A DNA stretch of 64,000 bases from NCBI GenBank assembly GCA_045645365.1, contig JAZRIR010000008.1:8912-72911 (forward strand). Reading direction: 5' to 3'. Shown here in pieces: positions 46,742 to 54,657 of this stretch. The position numbers were made by a program, and so were the translations under genes. Positions within the stretch are counted from its first letter, which is position 1, and the number at the start of each line of letters is the position of its first letter. The notes under the pieces are model-generated. The model made no database searches. It was not told the DNA's origin and worked only from the letters and a program-made list of their open reading frames with translations. Origin of the DNA: Clostridia bacterium. GTDB lineage: Bacteria; Bacillota; Clostridia; UBA1381.

Positions 46742-47278
46742 ATGAAATTTGCATATATGCTTGAAAATACAAATCGTACATACAAGATTGATAATCAGCC
46801 GCTTATGGCTGAAATTGTCAGGAATGATATTCCAGAAGAAAAGATTTACATAGATGCAGTTGGAGACGGTAAAAGACCAGAGTTTAATTTGTTGCTGAAT
46901 GACATTCAGGGTGGAGACATCCTTTACATTCGTAGCATCGGAGATTTATCGGATACAACAGGCGCTATTTTATATATATTAAGTAGTTTGGGTGAAATGG
47001 GTATTGTTGTCAGGTCGGTATGTGAGCCACAGTATGAGTACGGCAATCTCGTTATTCTTGGGTATGGGGTTAAGGTTGTCAGGGAGCTTTCAGAGAAGAA
47101 AAGAAAGTTGGGTATCTTACAGGCGGCATCTGCTGGCAAGATGGGGAGAAAAATTGATGAAGATACCAGAGATATGGTTGTCAGGCTGAAAAATTCGGGG
47201 TTTACGGTGGAAGAAATCACAAATCTGTGTAATATAAGCCGTAGCACCTATTACAGATATGTAAAAAATGCAGATTAA
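46742..47278 (+). CDS. resolvase-like protein lacking the catalytic serine (probably inactive; HTH retained)
   Basis: 178 aa. FAYMLENTNR stands where resolvases have Y-x-R-V-S-[ST]-x-x-Q, and SIGDLSD replaces DRLxR. The RPEFNLLL…GGDIL framework and the C-terminal HTH (ISRSTYYRYV) are retained. Confidence 0.6.
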   Translation: MKFAYMLENTNRTYKIDNQPLMAEIVRNDIPEEKIYIDAVGDGKRPEFNLLLNDIQGGDILYIRSIGDLSDTTGAILYILSSLGEMGIVVRSVCEPQYEYGNLVILGYGVKVVRELSEKKRKLGILQAASAGKMGRKIDEDTRDMVVRLKNSGFTVEEITNLCNISRSTYYRYVKNAD

Positions 47279-47572
47279 TTCAACCTTATTTATCTTTTGT
47301 CGTTAAATAGTGGTATCAGAAAATTAAGATTAAAGAAATCTGCAAATATTTTATTTTGACATCAAGAAAATGTTGAAATTACGCCATTTTGAGATTTTAA
47401 AATTTTCATCGTAATTTTGTGTTGAGATGACAAGGTTTTTATAAATTTTAATAAAATTTATGGTTAAGAGAGTTAAAAAAGAGAGTTCATATATTTTAAG
47501 TTATGGGTACACCAATCCTATACAGGTAACTTACAGGCTTGGATGTATTCATTAAATGTGTTCATAAGGTAG

Positions 47573-48172
47573 GTGTTAGATATGGAATACGGATACGTTC
47601 GTGTGTCAAGTAAAAGTCAGGCAGAAAATAATTCTCTGGCAGAGCAAGAGCAGACTATATTAGAAAAGTATCCTTCGGCAGAGATATACAGAGAAGTTTA
47701 TACTGCTGCAAAGGACTTTAATAATAGACAGGTGTTTAATGACCTAATTGACAGGTTGACAGATGGGAATTGTTTGATAGTTTGCAAGATGGATAGATTT
47801 TGCCGTAATGTGCGCGAAGGACTTAATATTATAGATGCCCTTTTATCAAAGGGCGTTACGGTGCATATTCTTAATCTGGGTGTTATTGATAATTCGCCTA
47901 TTGGCAGATTGTTATATACTGTTCTGCTTGCGTTTGCAGAGTTTGAAAGAAATATGATTGTAGAACGCACCAAAGCAGGCAGAGAGTTGGCAAGACAAAA
48001 GGATGGTTACACAGAAGGCAGACCAAAGAAATATAGCAAGACACAATTAAGTCTGGCTATGCAGTTGTTGGAAAATCACTCATACAAACAAGTTTCATCG
48101 ATGACAGGTATCTCAAAGAGCACACTACAAAGAGAAAAGAAAAGGACAGTTGACGAAAATAATAGGACATAA
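47573..48172 (+). CDS. small serine recombinase (resolvase/invertase)
   Basis: Motifs [20 protein letters not shown] and KMDRFCRN, plus a C-terminal HTH (ISKSTLQR). The likely true start is the ATG at 47582. Confidence 0.88.
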   Translation: MLDMEYGYVRVSSKSQAENNSLAEQEQTILEKYPSAEIYREVYTAAKDFNNRQVFNDLIDRLTDGNCLIVCKMDRFCRNVREGLNIIDALLSKGVTVHILNLGVIDNSPIGRLLYTVLLAFAEFERNMIVERTKAGRELARQKDGYTEGRPKKYSKTQLSLAMQLLENHSYKQVSSMTGISKSTLQREKKRTVDENNRT

Positions 48173-48284
48173 ATTAAAAAATTTTAACTAAAATCTCAAA
48201 AAATTTACTGATGAGAACAAAACGGACTAAAATGCACACAGTTACCTTAATTTAAGTATCAATTCGTAAGGGAGGGTACTTAAA

Positions 48285-48503
48285 ATGGGTAGTGCATTAA
48301 GACAACCTGATAGCGCATATACATCTATTGGTGGTGTTATGCCTATGGGTAATAAAGTTAATGTTGTTCTTTCAGATAAAGAGAAAGAGAACTTAAATCA
48401 TAGTCTTAAATCTTCTGTATATAAAGAATTATATAAAAAGTCTCTTATTACAGATAGAGAGTTAAGATTATTGTTAGAAAAAGCGCCTAAATTTTTAAAT
48501 TAG
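48285..48503 (+). CDS. small hypothetical protein upstream of the LSR gene
   Basis: 72 aa with a GGGAGGG RBS. A GC-rich stem-loop follows (ggagtggt/accactcc, 48517-48549). Confidence 0.45.
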   Translation: MGSALRQPDSAYTSIGGVMPMGNKVNVVLSDKEKENLNHSLKSSVYKELYKKSLITDRELRLLLEKAPKFLN

Positions 48504-48587
48504 GGGCTGAGATATCGGAGTGGTTGCGTTATAATACAGTGACCACTCCACAATACAAAAAGAAAAATTAGTTAGGAGAAGAGATTT

Positions 48588-50270
48588 ATGATTGATTTGA
48601 AAAATTTAAGTATTAGTAATGTAGTAGAAGTTAGTCCTTTTAATGTATTAAATGATGCAAAAGTGTTGCGCGCAGCAGCCTATGCAAGAATCAGTACAGA
48701 TAAGGATGACCAAGCCAATTCCTTTGAAAGTCAAGTTAAGTATTTTACAGAATTTATAGAAAAACAAGATAATTGGCAGTTGGTTAAGATATATAGTGAT
48801 GAAGGTATTTCGGGAACGTCAACTAAAAATCGTGTGGGTTTTAACTCAATGATTGATGATGTAATGGCAGGTAAAATTGATTTTATTATAACAAAAGAAG
48901 TTTCACGTTTTGCAAGAAATACAGTTGATACATTGCAGGTAACAAGGGACCTAAAAGAAAAGGGTGTTGGGGTTTACTTTATGCTTGATAATATCAATAC
49001 TTTGGACAAAGATGGCGAACTGCGCTTGACGCTTATGGCATCTCTCGCACAAGAAGAAAGTAGAAAGACATCTGAACGTGTTAAGTGGGGGCAGAAAAGA
49101 CAGATGGAAAAAGGTGTTGTCTTTGGTCGTAGCCTGCTTGGGTATAAGGTGGTTGAAGGTAAGTTATATCTGGTTGAAGATGAAGCAGAAATTGTGAGAA
49201 AAATATTTCACAAATATCTTGTTGAAGGTAAAGGTACTCATATAATAGCAAGAGAACTTAAAGAAGAAGGCATCAAGCCTTATGACCCTGATGGGCGTGC
49301 GAAATATAAGAATGATTGGTCAAACACACAGATTTTGCGTGTTCTTCACAATGAGAAATATGTTGGAGATTTGGTGCAAAAAAAGACTTGGACACAAAAC
49401 TTTTTAGACCACAAGAAAAGGTATAACAGGGATAACGAAGAGATGGTTAGAATTGAAAACCATCATCCAGAGATAGCGATTATCTCAAGAGAAATGTGGG
49501 ATGCCACGCAGGCAGAGTTACAACGCCGTACTACAACAGCGGAACAGAAGTCCAAACATAGCAATCGCTATTGGGCATCTGGTAAGATTTTCTGTGGTGT
49601 ATGTGGTGAGCGCTTTGTTAACAAAATCAAGAAAACAAGTGCAGGAACATCAAGGGCTTGGAATTGTATGAACCATATCAAACCACACGCCTTTCGTGAA
49701 GTAGAATGTTCTATGTCGGAGTGGGCAAGTGATAGGAGTATGAAGAATATTGTCCTTTATATTCTTAATATGTTAGTTGAGAACAGAAATGAACTCAAAG
49801 CAGAGATTGTAAAAGAGATTTCACAGTTAAATCTTGAAGAAAAGGTAAAGACAACAGATGACATACAGGACAAGATTGATAGATTAGAGCAGAAAAAATT
49901 AAAGTTGCTTGATATTAGATTGGCAGAAGAAATCTCAAAGGAAGATTTTAAGAAAAAGAATACACAAATTGAAACAGAGATTTCAAATTTACAGGTACAA
50001 TTAGAAGAAATCAGAGAACTTGCTACAACAAAACAACGTCAGCAAGACAGAATGGATGGTATCATTAAAGAGATTGATAGAGTGTTGCAGTTAGATAGTG
50101 AAGATTTGGATGAACTGTTGGGTACAGTTACACAGAGTATCACAGTTTATGAAGGTCATACAGTTGTGGTAAGACTTAAGGATGTTCCATTTAATTTCAA
50201 GGTGGTTTATAAGTCAACAGGTAAGTTAGATACATATAGGACAGAGATTTTAAGTCTTGAAGTGGTATAA
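48588..50270 (+). CDS. large serine recombinase (integrase of element B)
   Basis: 560 aa with AAAYARISTDKDDQANSFESQ (catalytic Ser), KEVSRFARN, a recombinase domain, a zinc ribbon (CGVCG…CMNH) and a long C-terminal coiled coil. Confidence 0.93.
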   Translation: MIDLKNLSISNVVEVSPFNVLNDAKVLRAAAYARISTDKDDQANSFESQVKYFTEFIEKQDNWQLVKIYSDEGISGTSTKNRVGFNSMIDDVMAGKIDFIITKEVSRFARNTVDTLQVTRDLKEKGVGVYFMLDNINTLDKDGELRLTLMASLAQEESRKTSERVKWGQKRQMEKGVVFGRSLLGYKVVEGKLYLVEDEAEIVRKIFHKYLVEGKGTHIIARELKEEGIKPYDPDGRAKYKNDWSNTQILRVLHNEKYVGDLVQKKTWTQNFLDHKKRYNRDNEEMVRIENHHPEIAIISREMWDATQAELQRRTTTAEQKSKHSNRYWASGKIFCGVCGERFVNKIKKTSAGTSRAWNCMNHIKPHAFREVECSMSEWASDRSMKNIVLYILNMLVENRNELKAEIVKEISQLNLEEKVKTTDDIQDKIDRLEQKKLKLLDIRLAEEISKEDFKKKNTQIETEISNLQVQLEEIRELATTKQRQQDRMDGIIKEIDRVLQLDSEDLDELLGTVTQSITVYEGHTVVVRLKDVPFNFKVVYKSTGKLDTYRTEILSLEVV

Positions 50271-50345
50271 AGAAAATGGCAAAGCATACTGATTTCAGTA
50301 GGCTTTGCCTATTCTGGTATAAAGGGGCAAAATCATCGCGGATAG

Positions 50346-50507
50346 ACCAATATCGGTTAGCAATCCCTTTGAAATATCATCAGGCATCATATATCTTTGA
50401 GAAAGGTATCTTAATGATGCACCTAATTCGCCGTGAGGACCACCGTACCAAAATGTTTGAGTATAGAAAAAATGGTAACTATTTATTCTTAAAAAACTTA
50501 ATATTTG
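50346..50507 (-). pseudogene. cotJC: cotJC-type Mn-catalase gene, N-proximal fragment (no start codon present)
   Basis: Minus-strand translation: …YGGPHGELGASLRYLSQRYMMPDDISKGLLTDIG. This matches my recollection of CotJC …QYGGADGELAAALRYLNQRYTIPDKVIGLLTDIG. Similarity fades upstream of about 50450, and no Met or RBS precedes it. Confidence 0.85.
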
Positions 50508-50518
50508 CTAGTATCGAA

Positions 50519-50552
50519 AGGTAGTTGTTATGTGAAAACAACTACCTTTTTT
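50519..50552 (+). terminator. rho-independent terminator-like hairpin where the 5' end of the catalase gene would be expected
   Basis: aggtagttgtt / aacaactacct stem followed by T6. Confidence 0.6.
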
Positions 50553-50586
50553 CTATGCAAAAACTCAAACACAAGGAGGTACAAAA

Positions 50587-51453
50587 ATGAGATTACAATT
50601 TGAATATTTTTACGGAAACGAAGCGGAAGATTTTACATTCTACCGCATACCGAAGAAAATCATAACATCGCCACAATTTAAAGATGTATCATACGGAGCT
50701 AAAATGCTTTACGGACTTTTGTTTGACCGTGTTGGTCTTTCTATAATGAACAGTTGGTTTGATGAAGAAAATCGTGCATACATCATTTTCTCCATTCAGG
50801 AGATTATGGATTTAATATATTGCAGTAAGCCAACCGCCATTAAGCTTATGTCCGAGCTTGAAGATGCCGGACTTATTGAAAGGCAAAAACGTGGTCGTGG
50901 TCTTACAGATTATATCTATGTTAAAAAGGTTGTGGATAATGAAAAAGTGGTAAAGAAAATTGACCACAAGGAGTTAAAAGAATTTACTTCTGATGGTAAA
51001 GAAACTGAACCTCAAGAGGTTAAAGATTTTAACCCTAATAATACTAATATAAATAATAATTACTTTAATGATATCTACACCAACCCTCCACCCAAAAGTC
51101 GAGCAGATTACGAGGAAATTATCAAAGAAAATATTGAATACGATATTTTGAAGCTTGATTTTAAAGGTGAATGGTTGGACAACATCATAGAACTTATGCT
51201 TGATGTTGTTTGTTCTGACAGTAATACGGTAAGGGTTAACCAAACAAATATTCCGATAGAACAGGTTCGTAAAAGGTATCTGCAAATAGGTGATATGCAT
51301 ATAAGATATCTTGATGATTTCGTCAGGAAGAATGATTATGTGATACATAATTTCAGAAATTTCTATATTTCAGCGATATACAATGCTCCTTTAATGATAG
51401 ATGCGTTTTATGACAAGTGGGTTAAAGAAGATATAGAAAGAGGTGCAATATAA
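50587..51453 (+). CDS. replication initiator protein, RepA_N family
   Basis: The N-terminus FTFYRIPKKIITSPQFKDVSYGAKMLYGLLFDRVGLSIMNSWFDEENRAYIIFSIQEIMDLI…LEDAGLIERQKRG is the characteristic RepA_N winged-helix region. Confidence 0.85.
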   Translation: MRLQFEYFYGNEAEDFTFYRIPKKIITSPQFKDVSYGAKMLYGLLFDRVGLSIMNSWFDEENRAYIIFSIQEIMDLIYCSKPTAIKLMSELEDAGLIERQKRGRGLTDYIYVKKVVDNEKVVKKIDHKELKEFTSDGKETEPQEVKDFNPNNTNINNNYFNDIYTNPPPKSRADYEEIIKENIEYDILKLDFKGEWLDNIIELMLDVVCSDSNTVRVNQTNIPIEQVRKRYLQIGDMHIRYLDDFVRKNDYVIHNFRNFYISAIYNAPLMIDAFYDKWVKEDIERGAI

Positions 51454-52349
51454 TGAGTGTAAATAACATCGGCTTAAAAAGCTACGAAGATTTATTCAAG
51501 GATGACAAAGGTAGAAAAACAGAAGAAATTATCCCTATGGACATCAAAGAATTAAAACCTTATGCAGAGCAACCCTTTAAAGTGCTGCTCGATAGCAGTA
51601 TGGACGAGCTTTGCGATAGCATAGCACAAAGCGGTGTTTTATCACCGATTATTACAAGACCACATCCCGAAGGTGGTTATGAGATTTTGTCAGGTCATCG
51701 TCGTGTGAAAGCTTGCGAACTTTTAAAAATCGAAGAAGTCCCGGTAGTTGTTAAAGAACTTGATGATGATACTGCTGCAATTCTTCTTGTCGATAGTAAT
51801 CTTCAAAGAGAAAATATACTGCCAAGCGAAAAGGCATTTGCTTACAAATTGAAGCTCGAAGCAATGAAACATCAAGGCAAATCCACTTTGTCCCAAATTG
51901 GGACGAAGTTAAGAAGCGACGAGGAACTTGCCCTTCAAGTTGGTGAAAGTAGAAATCAAGTTCAACGCTACATTAGACTCACAAACCTCATTGATCCTCT
52001 TCTTGATTTAGTTGATAAAAACGAAATGGCAATGAGTGCAGGTGTCGAGCTTTCATATCTTGGTACAAAGCATCAGGCAGAAATCAATAAAGTCATTGAG
52101 AGTGAATCTCCGCCATCAATCGCACAAGCAGTAAAACTTCGTAAATGTGCTGAAGAAGGTAATCTCGATGATAAAATGATAGAGCGTATTCTATCGACAG
52201 AAAAAGAAGAAAAAGTAAAACTTGTAATTTACGAGGACAAGCTCCGCAGATACTTTCCAAAGAACTACACAAAAGAACAAATTGAAGATACGGTTATGAA
52301 ACTGATTCAGAAGTGGCACAAAAATCGAGAAAAAGAAAATGAACGCTGA
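51453..52349 (+). CDS. ParB/Spo0J-like N-terminal-domain protein
   Basis: 298 aa with the ParB box ILSGHRRVKA and an HTH region. Its ATG overlaps the repA stop. Confidence 0.85.
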   Translation: MSVNNIGLKSYEDLFKDDKGRKTEEIIPMDIKELKPYAEQPFKVLLDSSMDELCDSIAQSGVLSPIITRPHPEGGYEILSGHRRVKACELLKIEEVPVVVKELDDDTAAILLVDSNLQRENILPSEKAFAYKLKLEAMKHQGKSTLSQIGTKLRSDEELALQVGESRNQVQRYIRLTNLIDPLLDLVDKNEMAMSAGVELSYLGTKHQAEINKVIESESPPSIAQAVKLRKCAEEGNLDDKMIERILSTEKEEKVKLVIYEDKLRRYFPKNYTKEQIEDTVMKLIQKWHKNREKENER

Positions 52350-52408
52350 TAATTTTTTGAAAGTTAATGACAGCCACGATAAAATAATGTCGAAAGGAGT
52401 CGAAACAA

Positions 52409-52774
52409 ATGAACATTACTTACAGAAATGAAGGTAACATTTTAATCCCTAACTTAACAGTTCCAAAGTCACCCGAAAAGCCAATCGGTTCTTATGGCAG
52501 AATGAGAAAGATTTTTCTTAAAAATTATCATCCCGGTATATATTCCGCTATGATGATAAAAGGAACACTTTTAAACCATCTTGCAGAAGTAGATGAAACT
52601 TGCCATAAGCAATACATTGAACGAGTAAAAGTTATGGCTGAATCACAAGGCGTAACCGAAGAACTCAAAAAGACTGACCGTTACAAATGGACTAGGCTTA
52701 TGAATAATATTGGTCAATGCGTGAAAGAACAAATTATTCGTGAGTTTGTATATGCCGAGGAGGTGTCAAAATGA
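52409..52774 (+). CDS. tnpV: TnpV-family protein
   Basis: 121 aa. MNITYRNEGNILIPNLTVP…GSYGRMRKIFLKNYHPGIYSAMMIKGTLLNHLAEVDE resembles TnpV of Tn4451-type elements. Confidence 0.7.
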   Translation: MNITYRNEGNILIPNLTVPKSPEKPIGSYGRMRKIFLKNYHPGIYSAMMIKGTLLNHLAEVDETCHKQYIERVKVMAESQGVTEELKKTDRYKWTRLMNNIGQCVKEQIIREFVYAEEVSK

Positions 52775-53058
52775 ACTTTATCGAAGAACTCTACTACGGC
52801 AACATCAATCCAAACGAGAAACGCTACGACGGACATACCGATTACGCAAAAGCAATGAGAAAATTCTGCAATAACGAAAATGAACTGAATAAAATGCTTA
52901 AAGGTAAACCTCTTCATCTTCTGAACGACCTTATCAATGCAAGTGATGAAGTAATTGCTATAACAAGCATCGAAAACTTTAAAATAGGTTTCCGTCTCGG
53001 CGTGCAGATGATATGCGATAGCCTGATCTGTGATGATAGTATATTTAAAGATTTGTAG
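52771..53058 (+). CDS. small conserved element protein (DUF6809-like)
   Basis: 95 aa. The N-terminus MNFIEELYYGNINPNE and the C-terminal FKIGFRLGVQM are typical of a family common in clostridial mobile elements. I name the family from memory. Confidence 0.5.
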   Translation: MNFIEELYYGNINPNEKRYDGHTDYAKAMRKFCNNENELNKMLKGKPLHLLNDLINASDEVIAITSIENFKIGFRLGVQMICDSLICDDSIFKDL

Positions 53059-53067
53059 GAGGTGCTT

Positions 53068-53631
53068 ATGAAAAAGCTTATTGTTTTGTTCTTGAGTTTG
53101 TTTATGATTTCAACATCAGTAAATGCTGCAGAGATACCGCCGGAATCACTTCCGTCAAATGCAACCTTTGATTGTATGGAATATACCGAATCACTTATAT
53201 CGGATATTCTTGATAAAGTTCAAAACGGTCTTGGATTTTCAGATGCACAAGCTGAAGCAAGACGAAGATTCTTTGCTCTCGTAGTCAGCGGTCAGTCAAA
53301 CGGATATAGTTTTTCACAGTTAAGTGAGATTGCAAGTAATGCAATCTTTCAATATCGGGATATGTACCTGCGACCTGAATTTTATGTGCAGAATGAAGAG
53401 AAAGTGCGGAGGCTGATATCGGATGTGCTCGAAGAATATAAGCTCAGAAGAATCGATTATAATGAAGCAAAGAAACGAGCCTACGAAAAGATATATAAGT
53501 CGGTTGATACAAGCTTTGACTACGACAGAGAATTTGTAAAGGATACTTGCTACCGGAATATTCCGTCAGTTGATAATAGCCTATTTACAATCGCACGAAA
53601 GTTAATATTAGCGGAGAGAACACCAGTCTAA
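53068..53631 (+). CDS. secreted hypothetical protein
   Basis: Signal peptide MKKLIVLFLSLFMISTSVNA, with an AGGAGG RBS. Confidence 0.6.
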   Translation: MKKLIVLFLSLFMISTSVNAAEIPPESLPSNATFDCMEYTESLISDILDKVQNGLGFSDAQAEARRRFFALVVSGQSNGYSFSQLSEIASNAIFQYRDMYLRPEFYVQNEEKVRRLISDVLEEYKLRRIDYNEAKKRAYEKIYKSVDTSFDYDREFVKDTCYRNIPSVDNSLFTIARKLILAERTPV

Positions 53632-53648
53632 CGATGGGTGTTCTTTTC
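53617..53648 (+). terminator. rho-independent terminator
   Basis: agaacacc / ggtgttct stem followed by a T-run. Confidence 0.65.
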
Positions 53649-53680
53649 AGTTTTAAGAAGGAATAAAAGCAATTGTTTTA

Positions 53681-53804
53681 TGCATTAGCAAGCACGGCAT
53701 TTGGTCCCCCACAAAACAACAAATGCGTAACTTGCATTCGCAAGCACGGCATTTGTCTTGACCAAAAGCCAATGATAATTTGTTTTAGCAAGCACGGAAA
53801 TTTG
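53681..53804 (+). repeat. three direct repeats of about 24 nt (TGCATTaGCAAGCACGGCATTTG-like), spaced about 50 nt apart
   Basis: The copies start at 53681, 53733 and 53781: tgcattagcaagcacggcatttgg, tgcattcgcaagcacggcatttgt, tgttttagcaagcacggaaatttga. Confidence 0.8.
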
Positions 53805-53911
53805 ACGCCAAATTATCCCTTGTTAGTGGCTACGCCCCTAATACCCCAATTTAAAATCAGAAATGATGACACAAAAATTTCGTAATAGAAGTAATTATTT
53901 TCTCAAAACTA

Positions 53912-53965
53912 TTGACAAAATACTTCTGTGGGAGTATAATGTATATGTATAACTCTACAGAAGTA
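53912..53965 (+). promoter_or_regulatory. perfect-consensus sigma-A promoter with a flanking 9-bp inverted repeat (candidate operator)
   Basis: TTGACA (53912-53917), a 17-nt spacer, then TATAAT (53935-53940). The inverted repeat tacttctgt (53921-53929) / acagaagta (53957-53965) brackets the -10 and the likely +1. Confidence 0.65.
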
Positions 53966-53979
53966 CGAGGAGTGTAACT

Positions 53980-54657
53980 ATGAGTAAATTAACAATATAT
54001 CACGGCTCGCCCGAAATCATTGAAAAGCCACAATTTGGTAAGGGGAAAACCTATAACGATTACGGCAGAGGTTTTTACTGCACAGAACACATTGAACTGG
54101 CAAAAGAATGGGCTTGTACCGAAGATGTAGACGGCTTTGTAAATAAATATGAGATTGAGTTATCAAACCTTAAAGTATTAAATCTTTCATCAGATGAATA
54201 TACCATTTTGCATTGGCTTGCAATTTTGATGAAAAATAGAAAGGTTCGTCTTTCAACCCCAGTTATGAAACGTGGTCGTGAATGGCTTATTGAACATTTT
54301 ATGCCTGACACAGAAGGCTACGATGCAATTATTGGATACCGTGCTGACGATTCTTATTTCTCATTTGCGAGAGCCTTTGTTAATAACGAAATTTCGCTTA
54401 ATCAGTTATCTTATGCTATGCGACTCGGCAAACTTGGAGAACAGGTTGTTTTGAAGAGTAAAAAAGCATTTGAAGAGATTAAGTATGTTTCGTATGAAGT
54501 TTGCGACAACACAATCTACTATGCAAAACGTAAAGCAAGAGATGACGAAGCAAGAGAAGCATTTAATGCAGAACTTGAAAAAGAAGATTTAAACGGTTTA
54601 TTTATGAGAGATATTATTCGTGAGGAGGTAACACCTGATGATGCGCGCTTACGATGA
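53980..54657 (+). CDS. DUF3990-family protein
   Basis: 225 aa. The N-terminus LTIYHGSPEIIEKPQFGKGKTYNDYGRGFYCTE contains the conserved GFY motif that I recall for DUF3990. Confidence 0.7.
   Translation: MSKLTIYHGSPEIIEKPQFGKGKTYNDYGRGFYCTEHIELAKEWACTEDVDGFVNKYEIELSNLKVLNLSSDEYTILHWLAILMKNRKVRLSTPVMKRGREWLIEHFMPDTEGYDAIIGYRADDSYFSFARAFVNNEISLNQLSYAMRLGKLGEQVVLKSKKAFEEIKYVSYEVCDNTIYYAKRKARDDEAREAFNAELEKEDLNGLFMRDIIREEVTPDDARLR

Larger units (their letters stand above)
43655..50348. mobile_element. Integrated element B (about 6.7 kb), a second large-serine-recombinase element in the same gene
   Basis: The host reading frame (…LLTDIG|TEELGH…) is restored across a shared CC dinucleotide (43655-43656 and 50347-50348). 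The inner ends carry a perfect 7-bp inverted repeat, ATTTTGC (43670-43676) / GCAAAAT (50327-50333), each exactly 13 nt from the CC. The LSR gene ends 76 nt from the right junction. Confidence 0.85.

Noticed and set aside
50276-50524. 82-aa plus-strand ORF after the element B integrase
   Set aside because: It is antisense to the clearly CotJC-like N-proximal catalase fragment. It has no RBS, and its sequence is unremarkable.
53681-53804. Possible mini-CRISPR array
   Set aside because: There are only three copies, of about 24 nt, and the third is degenerate. The intervening segments are unequal, there are no cas genes in the window, and the repeat has no palindromic core.
53673-53885. 70-aa plus-strand ORF
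   Set aside because: It spans the three direct repeats, so its sequence repeats (…SKHG…). It starts on a non-ATG codon with no SD. The repeats are better explained as protein-binding DNA sites.
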